Origin: a virus
Lineage: Duplodnaviria; Caudoviricetes
DNA length: 58,100 nucleotides
IMG/VR virus record: IMGVR_UViG_3300031920_000245
Coordinates: 1 to 58,100 of that record
Reading direction: 5' to 3' (one strand)
The notes below the pieces were generated by a model. It made no database searches and was not told the origin of the DNA. It saw only the letters and a list, made by a program, of their open reading frames with translations. Position numbers and translations under genes: made by a program. This document shows, piece by piece, positions 57,032 through 58,100 of this stretch. The stretch's first letter is position 1. Every line of letters starts with the position of its first letter.

Positions 57032-58100
57032 ATGAAAAAAATTTTATTTATTACATTTAATTTAAATCCTTACAATCAGTTTAGTATTAATCACGCTATC
57101 CCTATTTTTTCTGCAATAATTGATAGAAATAAATGGGATGTTAATTTTATAACAGTAAGAGAAGATAATAATTCCGATGATTTATTAAATGATATAAATA
57201 AAATTGATCCAGATGTTATTGGTTATTCTTGTACTTATTTTGATTTAAAAAACATTAATGAATTAAGCTTTCAATTAAAAAAATATTTTCAAATTGCTGG
57301 TGGAATTGGACCAACAACCACTCCGGATTTATTTTTAAATAAAACAAATTTAGATGGTGTTGTTGTTGGGGATGGTGAAATACCTTTAATTCAATTATTG
57401 GATGCAATTTATGAAGTTAAATCATTTAATGATATTGACGGTTTTTATTGGAAAGAAAAAACAATAAAAAATAAATTACCCAAACTAATTAAATTAAATA
57501 ATTACCCAATCCCGGATTATTCCATATATATAAATGACAATGTTTTTAATTCTTTTTCTGAATTTCCTGTTGTTATTAGTAGAGGTTGTCCATTTATGTG
57601 TAATCATTGTGCCACACCAACAATGAAAAAAATATTAGGTTTAGGATCGTTTAGAACATATTCACCAACAAAAACTATTGAAATTTTAATTCATATTTTG
57701 TTTAATTTCCCAAACACAAAAAAAATCATTTTTCAAGACGATGTTTTAATTATGAATAAAAAATGGTTTAAAGAATTTTCAACAATATATAAAGAAAAGA
57801 TAAATTTACCATATGTAGCACAAGCACGACCAAGAATGATATCTATTGAGATTTGTGAACAATTAAAAAACAGTGGTTGTGAATTAATACAAATTGGTGT
57901 GGAATCCGGAAGTGAAAGAATTAGAAAAGAAATTTTAAATCGAGATGAAACAAATAAAGATATTTTAGAAAAAATAAATTTAATAAAAAAAACAGACATT
58001 AAAATCCATATATATACTATGATTGGTTTACCTACCGAAACCAAAAAAGAAATGAAAGAAACATTTAAATTAATTAAAAAAATAAAACCAAATGATGGGT
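57032..58100 (+). CDS. B12-binding radical SAM enzyme, truncated by the window edge
   Basis: PDVIGYS, AGGIGPT, VVGDGE, SRGCPFMCNHC (CxxxCxxC), GVESGSERIR, MIGLPTET. Confidence 0.9.
   Translation, partial: MKKILFITFNLNPYNQFSINHAIPIFSAIIDRNKWDVNFITVREDNNSDDLLNDINKIDPDVIGYSCTYFDLKNINELSFQLKKYFQIAGGIGPTTTPDLFLNKTNLDGVVVGDGEIPLIQLLDAIYEVKSFNDIDGFYWKEKTIKNKLPKLIKLNNYPIPDYSIYINDNVFNSFSEFPVVISRGCPFMCNHCATPTMKKILGLGSFRTYSPTKTIEILIHILFNFPNTKKIIFQDDVLIMNKKWFKEFSTIYKEKINLPYVAQARPRMISIEICEQLKNSGCELIQIGVESGSERIRKEILNRDETNKDILEKINLIKKTDIKIHIYTMIGLPTETKKEMKETFKLIKKIKPNDG

Noticed and set aside
1-58100. Stop-codon reassignment (TAG or TGA) as in some jumbo phages
   Set aside because: Long genes are intact in the standard code, several end in TAG, and no suppressor tRNA was found.

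Overview
AT-rich fragment of a T4-like (myovirus) jumbo phage genome in the standard genetic code, probably infecting a Bacteroidota host (inferred from a Bacteroidetes-style lipoprotein and secreted proteins). Bases ~1-42,700 hold the virion module: tail sheath, tail terminator, two neck proteins, major capsid, scaffold, prohead protease, a 1620-aa hub-like protein, a GH73 muramidase, portal, large terminase and acidic head proteins. These are interleaved with thyA, a GIY-YIG endonuclease, an MmcB-like nuclease, a UvrD-like helicase and a nucleotidyltransferase. Bases ~42,800-55,250 form a translation island with 22 canonical tRNAs, 2 aberrant tRNA-like genes, a tmRNA, several unexplained structured RNAs, an HNH endonuclease and small ORFs. 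The window ends in a sulfotransferase-like / glycosyltransferase / B12-radical-SAM cluster. Main finding: each of three tRNA clusters is preceded by a promoter, a short leader ORF, an antiterminator and an intrinsic terminator. The control codons of each leader match the tRNAs downstream (QPQPQHQP -> Pro, Pro, His, Gln; ALVALLWADNDVDEL -> Asp, Val, Glu, Leu, Ala, Trp; YYFKKSYKKY -> Lys, Lys, Tyr, Tyr). This looks like ribosome-stalling attenuation that switches on phage tRNA genes when the matching charged tRNAs run short. All annotations were made by eye; no searches were run.
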